From Candidatus Aminicenantes bacterium (GTDB lineage Bacteria; Acidobacteriota; Aminicenantia; Aminicenantales; Aminicenantaceae): DNA of 64,000 bases. The notes beneath the pieces are model-generated. The model had not been told where the DNA came from. It did not search any database and saw only the letters and a list, made by a program, of their open reading frames with translations. Below are positions 21,248-29,974 of the stretch, piece by piece. Positions within the stretch are counted from its first letter, which is position 1. Each line of letters begins with the position of its first letter. The DNA lies in assembly GCA_011049545.1 (NCBI GenBank), contig DRHQ01000083.1, forward strand, positions 29,766 to 93,765, read 5' to 3'. Made by a program: the position numbers and the translations under genes.

Positions 21248-21691
21248 ATGAACCCAGCAAAGGAAGGAATCATGTTTGCCGCCCTTTACACTAAAAAGTG
21301 TATAAAGGAACAGGCACAAGATGAGCTTCAATATTTTCGTATGTATCCCACTGAAAGAGATGAAAGTGGGCGCACCATGTTGCTACCATTTGCATTCAAA
21401 GAGAGAGACTATTTCAATTGTCCAGAAAGAATGAAAGACGATGAGGTAAAAGTCGTAAAGGAGTATTCACCCCATCATGTATACACTTCTGACCCAAGAG
21501 AGTCATATCTAATTGACGAATGTAAATGGATTCCAACAGCAGACCAACTTAGGAAAGGTCTAGAAAGGATAGGTTATTCTATTGGAGATACTTCATATAT
21601 GAATGAAGAGCAAATACTTGATTTAATAATGAGAGAACGAAAAAAGATGAGGTGGAGTAGAGAAAAAGAAAACTGGGTAAAGGTTTTGTAG
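21248..21691 (+). CDS. Hypothetical protein
   Basis: RBS GGGGAG, 147-aa ORF behind P1 promoter. Confidence 0.7.
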   Translation: MNPAKEGIMFAALYTKKCIKEQAQDELQYFRMYPTERDESGRTMLLPFAFKERDYFNCPERMKDDEVKVVKEYSPHHVYTSDPRESYLIDECKWIPTADQLRKGLERIGYSIGDTSYMNEEQILDLIMRERKKMRWSREKENWVKVL

Positions 21692-21765
21692 AAGAGACTA
21701 TAATATACACCTACAATCGTAAACCCGTCGCTCCAGCGCACAATCTCACGACAAAACGACCTTCC

Positions 21766-21794
21766 TTGACTTCACGGATACCTGAGCATAAAAT
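21766..21794 (+). promoter_or_regulatory. Sigma70 promoter P2 (TTGACT-N17-TAAAAT)
   Basis: Near-consensus hexamers; homologous copy at 33587-33615. Confidence 0.65.
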
Positions 21795-21839
21795 CATTTC
21801 GAGATTGTCAGTAATCAAAAGACTTAATGAGAAGGGGAG

Positions 21840-22280
21840 GTGAAAAAAATGGAACAACCCCTTTTAATATTACTTGGAGCATTATTAGCAATAGGAGGAG
21901 GTTTTATTAGCCAACACAACCAAAGCCGTCTTGATCAAAGGAGACAAGATAGAGAGTTTTTCCATCAGGCAGAAGAGATTTTAATTGAGATGCAGCCTTA
22001 TTTGGAAGAGGTCATGACTCCTCCTAGTAAAGAATTACATGAGTTAAGTAAAAAACTTCTTTATGCTGCTATGAGAATCAAAACAAAAGGCTATCTTGAC
22101 TTAGCATTAAAATTAGTTGAATTTGCTAGAATGGATGCCAAAAAGACTAAGGATGAAGCAATTAGTCTCATCCAGGAGGTTGCTGCGACAAGTAAAAGTG
22201 CGCTCGATATGCATCACAGAAAACGAAATGAAATTGTCAAAAAAGCCTGGGAAGAGCTAAAAAAGATTGGAAGGGGATAG
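21840..22280 (+). CDS. Hypothetical protein with N-terminal membrane anchor
   Basis: Hydrophobic LLILLGALLAIGGGFI then helical domain; start 21840 (GTG) or 21849. Confidence 0.7.
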   Translation: MKKMEQPLLILLGALLAIGGGFISQHNQSRLDQRRQDREFFHQAEEILIEMQPYLEEVMTPPSKELHELSKKLLYAAMRIKTKGYLDLALKLVEFARMDAKKTKDEAISLIQEVAATSKSALDMHHRKRNEIVKKAWEELKKIGRG

Positions 22281-22382
22281 CGAAGAGAAGCATTGATTAA
22301 TACACTCCTAAAATTTAATAAATCTTTTGATCTCGATTTTTACTCCCTGCCTTTCAATACTCCCAATCTCGACTGGCGATCT

Positions 22383-22410
22383 GTGTCGCACGATGGGTAT
22401 TATGTAAACT
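22383..22410 (+). other. dif-like site 1: GTGTCGCACGA-TGGGTA-TTATGTAAACT
   Basis: 11-6-11 layout; right arm equals the B. subtilis dif arm TTATGTAAACT; left arm shares CGCA with the E. coli XerC arm. Confidence 0.75.
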
Positions 22411-22473
22411 TGCTACCTTGTAAAATGACCTTGAGAGCGGGAGAATAGATTATTGAGGGAAAAGGAGGGGGAC

Positions 22474-22620
22474 ATGAAAAAACTTTGCATGATTATTCCT
22501 CTGATCCTGGTTCTATGTTTTATCGTCAGCTGTCAAAATCAGGAAGCAATGGCAGAGCTTGAAGAGATGAAGGCCCAGGCAGAGGTTGAGGAGCAGAATA
22601 AGGAAGTAATCGAAATTTAG
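22474..22620 (+). pseudogene. Truncated lipoprotein N-terminus (MKKLCMIIPLILVLCFIVSCQNQEAMAELEEMKAQAEVEEQNKEVIEI*)
   Basis: AGGAGG RBS, lipobox IVSC, stops after 48 aa immediately before an AT-rich gene. Confidence 0.65.
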
Positions 22621-22626
22621 TAAGAA

Positions 22627-24114
22627 ATGAGCGATATATATAGAAAGTTAGACAAAGTTTTCTTAGAACTAACTCAAGCCCTTTCTATCTATAGTAAATC
22701 AAAATTCTTGCAAGATTATTTTATAACTTCCTACATTTCATTTATATATGCAAATATTATTAAAAATTTTTTTATTAATTTGACAAGAGAGACTATAAAA
22801 AAATTAAATTTACCTAAAAGCCAAATAGGTGAAATCAAAAAAAAATATAAAGAAATACAGAAAGAAATAAATTTAGCAATATCTATTTCATTGAAGGGTA
22901 AAAAAATAGATGAAAAATATTACAGTAAATTTAAATCTAATATTAAAAAAGATTTCCCTGAATTTATAAAAATATTATCTACAGTTGAAAAAGAGATTAA
23001 AATTGCGAGGCTAAAGAAATTTATTAACAAAAAGAAAATAGAGATAAAAAGGGTAGGTCAAGATGAAGCAGATCTTCATAAAGATTTATTAACAAAAGCA
23101 TTAGAAGCGTATATTCAGGAAAAAAAAGAAATTCCGAGTATGATAAAAGTAAAAAACCTTATTAATACTATTGGAAGAGAAATCTTACCAAAATTTTCAG
23201 AAGCTTTAACGGCAGATCTTATTAAGGATAGACACGCGTTTTTATCAGATCAAAGAAAACTCCAAAAGGGATTTGAGACTCGATTATATGAAAGGTGGAA
23301 GGATCCTTTAGACCTCTTTGAATGCTTAATTCAAATTTCTTTAGAATCTGGAGAAAAACGTAAAAAAAAGTTAAATAATAAGAAAAATAATAAAAATAAT
23401 TCTAAATATGACGCGCTAATTAAACTTCATGCCAGAGCCTTACATATTTCTAACGAAATAGCTATTTTGCTGAAATCGGGTTATGCAGATGGTGCAAACG
23501 CCAGATGGAGGAGCCTCCATGAATTAGCTGTTATTTCTTTTTTCCTATGTGAAAATAATAATGATGCTTCAAAAAGATATTTAGAGCATAGCGTTATAAG
23601 AGCACTAAAAGAGGCAAAGGATTATAGAACCTATTATAAAAAATTGGGATATCCTCCTATAAAAAGAAAAGAGCTTCTGATGTTAGAAAAGGAAGCAGAG
23701 AGGCTATGCAAAAAGTATAGTGATAGATTTCAAGATGATTATGGTTGGATTCCCAGCTCCATATTAAAAGAAAGAAATTTTAAAGCTCTAGCACAATCTG
23801 TTAAGCTTGATAAATTACGTCCATACTATAACCTTGCTTGCGATTCTTCCCATGGAGGTTCAAAGGGGTTTTATAGACTTGGTTTAATGGATGATTCTCA
23901 AGACAAAATATTTCTTGTTGGTTCAAGTAATTATGGACTTGCTAGTCCTCTCCAAAATTCTGCTATTTCTTTATTACACGTTTCCTCTTGCTTATTAACT
24001 TTGGAGCCTGACTTTGAAAGCATTATACAAATATATGTGATGGGTAATTTTATGAACGAAATTTGTGATAAAGCAGTTGAAGTTCAAAGTAAGATTGAAA
24101 AGGAAACAGATTAA
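22627..24114 (+). CDS. DUF5677-like protein with extended N-terminus
   Basis: C-terminal LKSGYADGANARWRSLHE...YGW...PYYNLACDSSHG pattern; very AT-rich. Confidence 0.65.
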   Translation: MSDIYRKLDKVFLELTQALSIYSKSKFLQDYFITSYISFIYANIIKNFFINLTRETIKKLNLPKSQIGEIKKKYKEIQKEINLAISISLKGKKIDEKYYSKFKSNIKKDFPEFIKILSTVEKEIKIARLKKFINKKKIEIKRVGQDEADLHKDLLTKALEAYIQEKKEIPSMIKVKNLINTIGREILPKFSEALTADLIKDRHAFLSDQRKLQKGFETRLYERWKDPLDLFECLIQISLESGEKRKKKLNNKKNNKNNSKYDALIKLHARALHISNEIAILLKSGYADGANARWRSLHELAVISFFLCENNNDASKRYLEHSVIRALKEAKDYRTYYKKLGYPPIKRKELLMLEKEAERLCKKYSDRFQDDYGWIPSSILKERNFKALAQSVKLDKLRPYYNLACDSSHGGSKGFYRLGLMDDSQDKIFLVGSSNYGLASPLQNSAISLLHVSSCLLTLEPDFESIIQIYVMGNFMNEICDKAVEVQSKIEKETD

Positions 24115-24123
24115 TAGTAATTC

Positions 24124-24151
24124 TGCTTCTTTAATAATCATTATGTTAACT
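24124..24151 (+). other. dif-like site 2: TGCTTCTTTAA-TAATCA-TTATGTTAACT
   Basis: Right arm 10/11 to E. coli XerD arm TTATGTTAAAT; left arm ends TAA. Confidence 0.7.
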
Positions 24152-24192
24152 CGCTCCGTATGAAATGACCTTTATATATTTTAGGAGTAGAC

Positions 24193-24645
24193 ATGAGCAC
24201 AACTCAATTAATATTTCCTTGGTACCATAGGATAAGACATGTAGATTTAAAGAAAATAAAACACCCTACATCTTTGTTGGATTTTCAAGAATTATCATAT
24301 ACAGAAAGATATGATTCTCGATATTTTAAATATCTTAACTTGTCAAATAAGAAATTGTCTACAAACTGGCTAGACTCGTGGGAATCAATATTTGTAGTCG
24401 GTCCATTTATAGAAAGAAAACAGAAATATAATAAAATTCCGTTCATTGTCTTTATAACAGAGGGAAGCATTTATAGCCAATTGGTGGTTTTAAGCAGAAG
24501 ACTTGAGCTGCCTTATTATGAGTTCGGGATAATGCCAGATTTATATATATATCCTTCTAAGCTTCACAAATATTTCACTATGAAAAAGGATAAGCTTTGG
24601 CTTAGAACTGAAGCCGTTTCTATTAGACTTAAGAAAGGAGGATGA
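24193..24645 (+). CDS. Hypothetical protein, possible partner/antitoxin of the downstream HEPN protein
   Basis: AGGAG RBS; ends 1 nt before the HEPN ORF and contains its RBS. Confidence 0.6.
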   Translation: MSTTQLIFPWYHRIRHVDLKKIKHPTSLLDFQELSYTERYDSRYFKYLNLSNKKLSTNWLDSWESIFVVGPFIERKQKYNKIPFIVFITEGSIYSQLVVLSRRLELPYYEFGIMPDLYIYPSKLHKYFTMKKDKLWLRTEAVSIRLKKGG

Positions 24646-24646
24646 A

Positions 24647-25042
24647 ATGCCCAATCCAAACCAGTACAAAAAAATATCAGATAGATATCTAAATGCTTCG
24701 GATTTATTGGTTGATGATGTTCATGAGGCAGCAGGATTTTCTTTATATCATGCCTTTGAATCCATGGGAGCTGCATGGATAAGAACGAATGCTAGAGTTG
24801 TGCCTCATAGACATGAAAGCAAAATTAATATGTTCGTATCTTTAACGAGAGAAACTGGGCACAGAACTGGTATTGGGCTGGTAGGTATTTTATTAAACTC
24901 ATTGAGAAATAAGATGCTTTATCCAATTCCTGAAATTCCGTCAGGTTTTTCGATACCTCACATTAAATTCTCAGTCTCAGAAATAAAAAATTTGAGCCGA
25001 AGGGTAAAAGGTATTTTAAATATAATAAGACCTCTAATCTAA
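24647..25042 (+). CDS. HEPN-domain protein
   Basis: AGFSLYHAFESMGAA helix, PHRH, LRNKMLYP (RxxxxY) typical of small HEPN. Confidence 0.65.
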   Translation: MPNPNQYKKISDRYLNASDLLVDDVHEAAGFSLYHAFESMGAAWIRTNARVVPHRHESKINMFVSLTRETGHRTGIGLVGILLNSLRNKMLYPIPEIPSGFSIPHIKFSVSEIKNLSRRVKGILNIIRPLI

Positions 25043-25059
25043 TTACTCAAGAATATTGT

Positions 25060-25560
25060 ATGGATAAAGATAGATTTCTTCGTGTTTTCAAGGAATCATT
25101 GGAAGTAATAACAGAAAAACGCTTCTTCTCATCTGAGCTAGGTTATCAAGGACAACTTGTATCTGAGCTAAATAAAAGATTAATAATGGAGTTGGTTTTT
25201 TCAAACAGGGCAGTCGTTGAGCAAGAATACCAAAAAAGATTGAAGGACCATGGTATCAGAATAAGGCCGGACATAATTATTCATGTCCCATACTCAGAAG
25301 GAATTCATTCCTCAAGGAAAGAAGATAATTACGTGGTTATCCAGCTAAAAAAGAACTCATCAAAAAAAGATGCTTTAGATGATTTAAAAAAAATTGACTT
25401 ATTATTTCAGAATTTAGATTATCCACTTGGTGTTTTTCTGAATATAGGTTCTGAGAAAAATTTTTATAGTTATTATTTAGGAGAATATAGAGATCGAATT
25501 CATTGTTTTGCAGTTCTATTGTCAGCAGAAGACAAGGTAATCATACACAAATCACCATAA
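25060..25560 (+). CDS. PD-(D/E)xK-like nuclease
   Basis: E...IRPDIIIH...NYVVIQLKK...DLKKI motif arrangement. Confidence 0.6.
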   Translation: MDKDRFLRVFKESLEVITEKRFFSSELGYQGQLVSELNKRLIMELVFSNRAVVEQEYQKRLKDHGIRIRPDIIIHVPYSEGIHSSRKEDNYVVIQLKKNSSKKDALDDLKKIDLLFQNLDYPLGVFLNIGSEKNFYSYYLGEYRDRIHCFAVLLSAEDKVIIHKSP

Positions 25561-25648
25561 AACTTATTTGTCTAAGAGCTAATACCTCTAATGCTTTGCT
25601 ACCTTCTAAGATAAAGAGCCTAAAATAAAGATGGAAGTTTAGACAAGT

Positions 25649-25680
25649 GGAAGTCAAAAACCCTAAAGCCCTAGCTTCCC
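25649..25680 (+). repeat. Island hairpin motif H (GGAAGCCAAANNCCTAAAGCCYTGGCTTCCC), copy 1
   Basis: Other copies 28069-28098, 31804-31835, 32298-32330, partial 29301-29320. Confidence 0.75.
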
Positions 25681-25740
25681 CGATTTCTGAAAAAGACAGT
25701 AGAGCGAATTTAAAGCTAATTTCTCTTTCCCGGGAAGATT

Positions 25741-25768
25741 GTGCCGCACAATCGATATTATGTAAACT
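25741..25768 (+). other. dif-like site 3: GTGCCGCACAA-TCGATA-TTATGTAAACT
   Basis: Best dif match in the island; left arm 9/11 to site 1, right arm identical. Confidence 0.8.
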
Positions 25769-25779
25769 TATAAAAACCT

Positions 25780-26688
25780 ATGTCGAATCATAAAAAACAA
25801 CATTCTGTTCCCAAATGTTATCTCAGGGAATTTATTGACCCAGAAACTCCAGGTGGATATGAGCCTTTTATTTGGATTTTTGATAAAAACGGCAAGAACA
25901 AAAGAAAGAAGGCACCTAAAAATGTATTAACAAGTAACAATCTATACACTATTGAAGTCGAAGGGAAGGCTAGGGATTATTCTATTGAAAAAAGCCTCTC
26001 TTCTATTGAGAACGATTTTGCAATTTTGTTCAGACAGAAAATCAAAAATCTATTGCCATTATCAGAGGAGGAGCACATATCTTTGTGCATTTTTATAGCC
26101 ACTATGCTCCAGAGAACTGTTAGCCAGAAAGCTAATCTAGAACATTTCCTTGATGAGCTAATTTCACATGGCGAAAAATTAGCAGCACATCATGGAATTA
26201 AGTCGAGGACTGTTGAGAGCCTAAAAAACTACAAAAGAGATGCTCATAAACTCAATATTTTGAAGATGTTTCCAGAAGTGACTCAAATTTTATTAAATAT
26301 GAGCTTGGCATTCGTAATAGTGGGGAGAAGCAAATCTCGGTTTATTACCTCCGATGACCCATGCACCCTTTTTAATCCAAAATTAAGAGAGCAACGCCTT
26401 ATGGGTCCAGGATTGGGTCAGAAGGAAGTTGAATTGACTATTCCATTATCTCCTGAGATTGCACTCTGTTTGAGCTGGAGTAATTTTCGGGGATTTATTG
26501 AAATTGGAAAACGACAGATTGAAGAATTAAATAGAACAACGCGAGCCCATTGCTATGAACTCTTTATTTCCTCTAGTTCCCATAAAAAATTTAGATGGTT
26601 TTTAAAATACCCTTTGAGCCTAATTTTTGTCATGAAAGTTATCAGACAGAAGTTTAATTATAGAATTCATAGAAATTTTCACTCATGA
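25780..26688 (+). CDS. DUF4238-domain protein
   Basis: N-terminal KKQHSVPKCYLREF, FITSDDP, IPLSPEIAL. Confidence 0.8.
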   Translation: MSNHKKQHSVPKCYLREFIDPETPGGYEPFIWIFDKNGKNKRKKAPKNVLTSNNLYTIEVEGKARDYSIEKSLSSIENDFAILFRQKIKNLLPLSEEEHISLCIFIATMLQRTVSQKANLEHFLDELISHGEKLAAHHGIKSRTVESLKNYKRDAHKLNILKMFPEVTQILLNMSLAFVIVGRSKSRFITSDDPCTLFNPKLREQRLMGPGLGQKEVELTIPLSPEIALCLSWSNFRGFIEIGKRQIEELNRTTRAHCYELFISSSSHKKFRWFLKYPLSLIFVMKVIRQKFNYRIHRNFHS

Positions 26689-26697
26689 ATTCAAGTT

Positions 26698-27564
26698 ATG
26701 GCAAAAGAAGATAGATATTCACTCGCGTTATATTTAGCCTCTAAAGGCCAACTGGACAAAGCCTCATTCCTTCTGTGGAAGATAGTTGAGAAAACAAATA
26801 GTGCAGAGTTAATGCTGAACTCCATATTGGCTTTGGTTACTATGTTGGGGCGAAAAGAAAACAACGAAAAAATTATAAATCTATGTGATAAGGGAATTGA
26901 ACTCTCTTATAGACTCAATAATGAGAATGCCAAAGCATTTCTAATGGCGACTAAAGCTCTAAGCATAATAATTGAAGTCGAATTCAATCTACACAAGAAG
27001 AAGAATCTTGTTTTAGCACCGGGGTGGAAGGAATTTGCCTTGGAATCCATAAAGGAGGAGTTCACAGTCCTTACAAGAAAGATTGAGCAAAACCGGAGTG
27101 AATCACAACAATTGATAACTGAATCCTTCAAAGGAATCAGTTCAAGTCAAATTAGTGAAACACTAGCAGACGTTTTAATGATAAAAGGTGAATATCATTT
27201 TGATGAATACCTGAATTACAAAATAGAAAATATCAAAACTACAAAATTTAGACTGTTTCTAAAGAACGTCAGTAACATTGACTCTTTTCTTTATAATCAG
27301 AGTAGCCAAAAAACTACAAAAAGAATTTTAAAGGACTCAAAGAAGTGCATCATTGATGCAGCACAGATTTATAAGAATCTAGGAGATGAAATAAATCAAG
27401 CAAATGCTTATTTAAACTTAGCAAATCAAGCGATTTCGATAAATCGTAAAAAGGAAGCGAGGAAATATCTAAAAAAAGCAATTACTGAAGTTCAAAACAA
27501 TAAAAATTTGGAAATATTGAACAGAATTAGAAATTTGGAAGAACGATTAATGAAACATGATTAG
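26698..27564 (+). CDS. Helical/TPR-like hypothetical protein
   Basis: Repeated alpha-helical TPR-like segments (QANAYLNLAN...EARKYLKKA). Confidence 0.6.
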   Translation: MAKEDRYSLALYLASKGQLDKASFLLWKIVEKTNSAELMLNSILALVTMLGRKENNEKIINLCDKGIELSYRLNNENAKAFLMATKALSIIIEVEFNLHKKKNLVLAPGWKEFALESIKEEFTVLTRKIEQNRSESQQLITESFKGISSSQISETLADVLMIKGEYHFDEYLNYKIENIKTTKFRLFLKNVSNIDSFLYNQSSQKTTKRILKDSKKCIIDAAQIYKNLGDEINQANAYLNLANQAISINRKKEARKYLKKAITEVQNNKNLEILNRIRNLEERLMKHD

Positions 27565-27774
27565 TAGTATTGGAAATAGCACTTAGGAATATAACTCCCC
27601 GTTGGGGAATGTCATTTACAATGATTTAAGCGAAATGGAGACTCAACCATTTTGAAGTAGGTCCCCAATAAAGAAGCTTCAGTCCTTCGGTGTTTGGATG
27701 TTCAGATTGAGCTAAACATAGTAAAGAACACAAACTACTATACAAAGGTCACATATTAAAAGAAAAGCAATACT

Positions 27775-27957
27775 TCAGTTAGATCCATGCCCCATAATCA
27801 TATTCATCCCTGGATACTCCATTCTAATCTTCAGTTCTGAATATCCCTTCAACTTGTGATATAATATCCTCAAAAGTCCTTCATTCGGTTTGAAGGCGGC
27901 CTGAATAAGGCTCACTTCCGGTGAAGCCTTGGTGGCACATTTAAATAGCTGGTCCAT
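27775..27957 (-). CDS. Small ORF or gene remnant (60 aa)
   Basis: GGAGG RBS before ATG; no recognisable motif. Confidence 0.3.
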   Translation of the reverse strand: MDQLFKCATKASPEVSLIQAAFKPNEGLLRILYHKLKGYSELKIRMEYPGMNMIMGHGSN

Positions 27958-28173
27958 TGTCCTCCAGGAACTTCTTACTTAATTCGTTTTTTTTGTACTA
28001 CAATTATGGCATTTTTTCAACATGGGGGATTTCCAAATTCTATACTAAAAAAATTTTAGGTAGAGCTTAAGCCAAATACCCTAAAGCCCTGGCTTCCCTA
28101 GATTGAAAAAGATATCATTAAGGGTGGAAATTACCCTCAAGAACATAGACTGATTTTATAGGGGGACATTCTC

Positions 28174-29187
28174 GTGTTACTTTTTGATGACGGTTTATTT
28201 TCTCTTGATAGTCCGAAAGAGAGTTTTGCGGATGAAAGCTGGTCTGGAAATCTTTGGTATCGGACTAATGTAATTGCTCCTATAGAATCCCCTAAGGATT
28301 TAAGCTGGCTTTTTGAAATTGAACAAGAAGCAAGAAAGCTAGGTTATCTTGGAGAAGTAAAATCATATTTTGCTTATCAAATTATTATCCATTTAGATGT
28401 CAAAAGAAGAAATAGAATTTGGAGATTAATTCAAGATGTTCCTATTCTTATAATTGACCCAAAATATTATTTAAGAGAATTCGGAATAAAAATTATAAAT
28501 CAATACAGTTATTCATTTGAAATATATGGAGTAAAATTCCAAATAAATCGGTCAGACCAGATGTTTAAAAAATATGAAGAACTTCTTCAAGAATTATTAT
28601 CCCAGAGAGTACTCATTGATTCTCTTTTACCTGATTTAGAAAATGCCATAAGAAATATTTCAGCTCGCTATGATGTGTTTCCAGGCATATATGACTTCGA
28701 ACCGAAAAGAATATTGAAACAATTAAATTTCAAGAAACCAAAAAAGCAAATAATAAATGTTGTCAAACTCTCATCAAGGCTTCATAGCGCTTTTATTGAA
28801 CTGGGTGATAGAGATTCAATAAATTCTGCAATGGACGGATTATCATATTTTAAAATGGATTTACTGTTCCCATTATCTCACTTTTATAGGGATTTATTGA
28901 TTAAATCTATATCAAGAAACTGCTATTTTGATGAAGGTGACACGAAGTCCATTGAATTTATTAGAGGATTAATCAATAAAGTTAAGACTGGTTTAACTCA
29001 TGATATTTTTGGAAAATATTCGGCCATTCCAGAAGCAAAAATTGAAGAAATCAAATCTGAAGAAGATATAAGAATGCGCGCTTCAGATGTAATATCTGGG
29101 ATTGCCAGAATGATTTATGATTCTGAGGGGATAAGAGGTTTAAAGAACAAATTTTCTTATATATTTTTTAATGGTCGCAGAATATAG
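28174..29187 (+). CDS. DUF3800-like (RNase H-fold) protein
   Basis: N-terminal FADESW, central YFDEG, C-terminal KSEEDIRMRASDVISGIAR. Confidence 0.5.
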   Translation: MLLFDDGLFSLDSPKESFADESWSGNLWYRTNVIAPIESPKDLSWLFEIEQEARKLGYLGEVKSYFAYQIIIHLDVKRRNRIWRLIQDVPILIIDPKYYLREFGIKIINQYSYSFEIYGVKFQINRSDQMFKKYEELLQELLSQRVLIDSLLPDLENAIRNISARYDVFPGIYDFEPKRILKQLNFKKPKKQIINVVKLSSRLHSAFIELGDRDSINSAMDGLSYFKMDLLFPLSHFYRDLLIKSISRNCYFDEGDTKSIEFIRGLINKVKTGLTHDIFGKYSAIPEAKIEEIKSEEDIRMRASDVISGIARMIYDSEGIRGLKNKFSYIFFNGRRI

Positions 29188-29354
29188 AATAAAGAAAATA
29201 TTTGGAAGGTATACACTTTACCCCAAGTATTTTGTTTGCCTTCTTTCCAGTTAATTGCACTCGTTCACTTTCTCATTCTATGTTTCTCGTTTGGGCAATA
29301 AAGCCAATCCTCAAGCCTTGAACATCAATCCACCCTGTCCCCAGGCGAAGGATT

Positions 29355-29382
29355 GCGTCGCATATCTATTATTATGTATACT
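29355..29382 (+). other. dif-like site 4: GCGTCGCATAT-CTATTA-TTATGTATACT
   Basis: 11-6-11 layout, TCGCA in left arm, preceded by GATT like site 3. Confidence 0.75.
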
Positions 29383-29487
29383 ACTATAACTCACATAATA
29401 TCAGTAAGTTGCGATGATTTAGATTTGAAATATTATCCCATTTTGGGCCAAAAAAAGGGGGTAAATTCCCGTTTTTCAAATAGGGGT

Positions 29488-29575
29488 GGCGTCTGACTGC
29501 GAATCAGAAGGTCGTCGGTTCGAATTCGATCTCCCCGATTAAAGCTTAAGACGGATAAAGGAACAATCGGATATA
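29488..29575 (+). pseudogene. Chimeric tRNA fragment: Arg-type anticodon arm fused to a duplicate of the tRNA-Pro 3' end plus downstream DNA
   Basis: TCTGA-CTGCGAA-TCAGA at 29492-29508; 29509-29575 matches 19913-19979 with 2 mismatches in 67 bp. Confidence 0.8.
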
Positions 29576-29659
29576 AAAATAAGTTCTTCCTGTCTTCTCA
29601 CCTTCAGCCAGATTTAGAGGGGTCTAAATGAATCTGATATTACCAAGCTCTGTAAGCCA

Positions 29660-29860
29660 TTACGGAATTACATCTTTAAACTTCTCTGAAGCAGGTTCTC
29701 CACCAATTCCCCAGTGTGATTTTTGGATTTCATGAATAATCACTTCTACAGCCTGAGTGGGAATCCCTAAATCTACAAAGACCTTAGTTATATTTTGGAT
29801 TGTGATTTTTGCTTTTTCCTGTCCGAAACCTTCCCAGACATTTACATGGATAACGGGCAT
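29660..29860 (-). CDS. 4-oxalocrotonate tautomerase family protein
   Basis: MP N-terminus (catalytic Pro1), VEVIIHE..WGIGG; GGAGG RBS. Confidence 0.88.
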   Translation of the reverse strand: MPVIHVNVWEGFGQEKAKITIQNITKVFVDLGIPTQAVEVIIHEIQKSHWGIGGEPASEKFKDVIP

Positions 29861-29920
29861 TTATTACCTCCAAAGTTTTGTTGATAATAATACTCTACTA
29901 TCTGGATTCTGAAAAATCAA

Positions 29921-29974
29921 AGCGGGTGGCTGTTAACCACTAGGTTGTAGGTTCGAGTCCTGCCCGAGGAGCCA
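29921..29974 (+). pseudogene. tRNA-Asn(GTT) 3' fragment, second copy
   Basis: One mismatch to 21023-21076, both followed by TCTTTTTA. Confidence 0.85.

Noticed and set aside
29388..29415. Inverted dif-like partner beside site 4 (minus strand ATCGCAACTTA-CTGATA-TTATGTGAGTT)
   Set aside because: Only TTATGT matches in register; could be chance in AT-rich DNA
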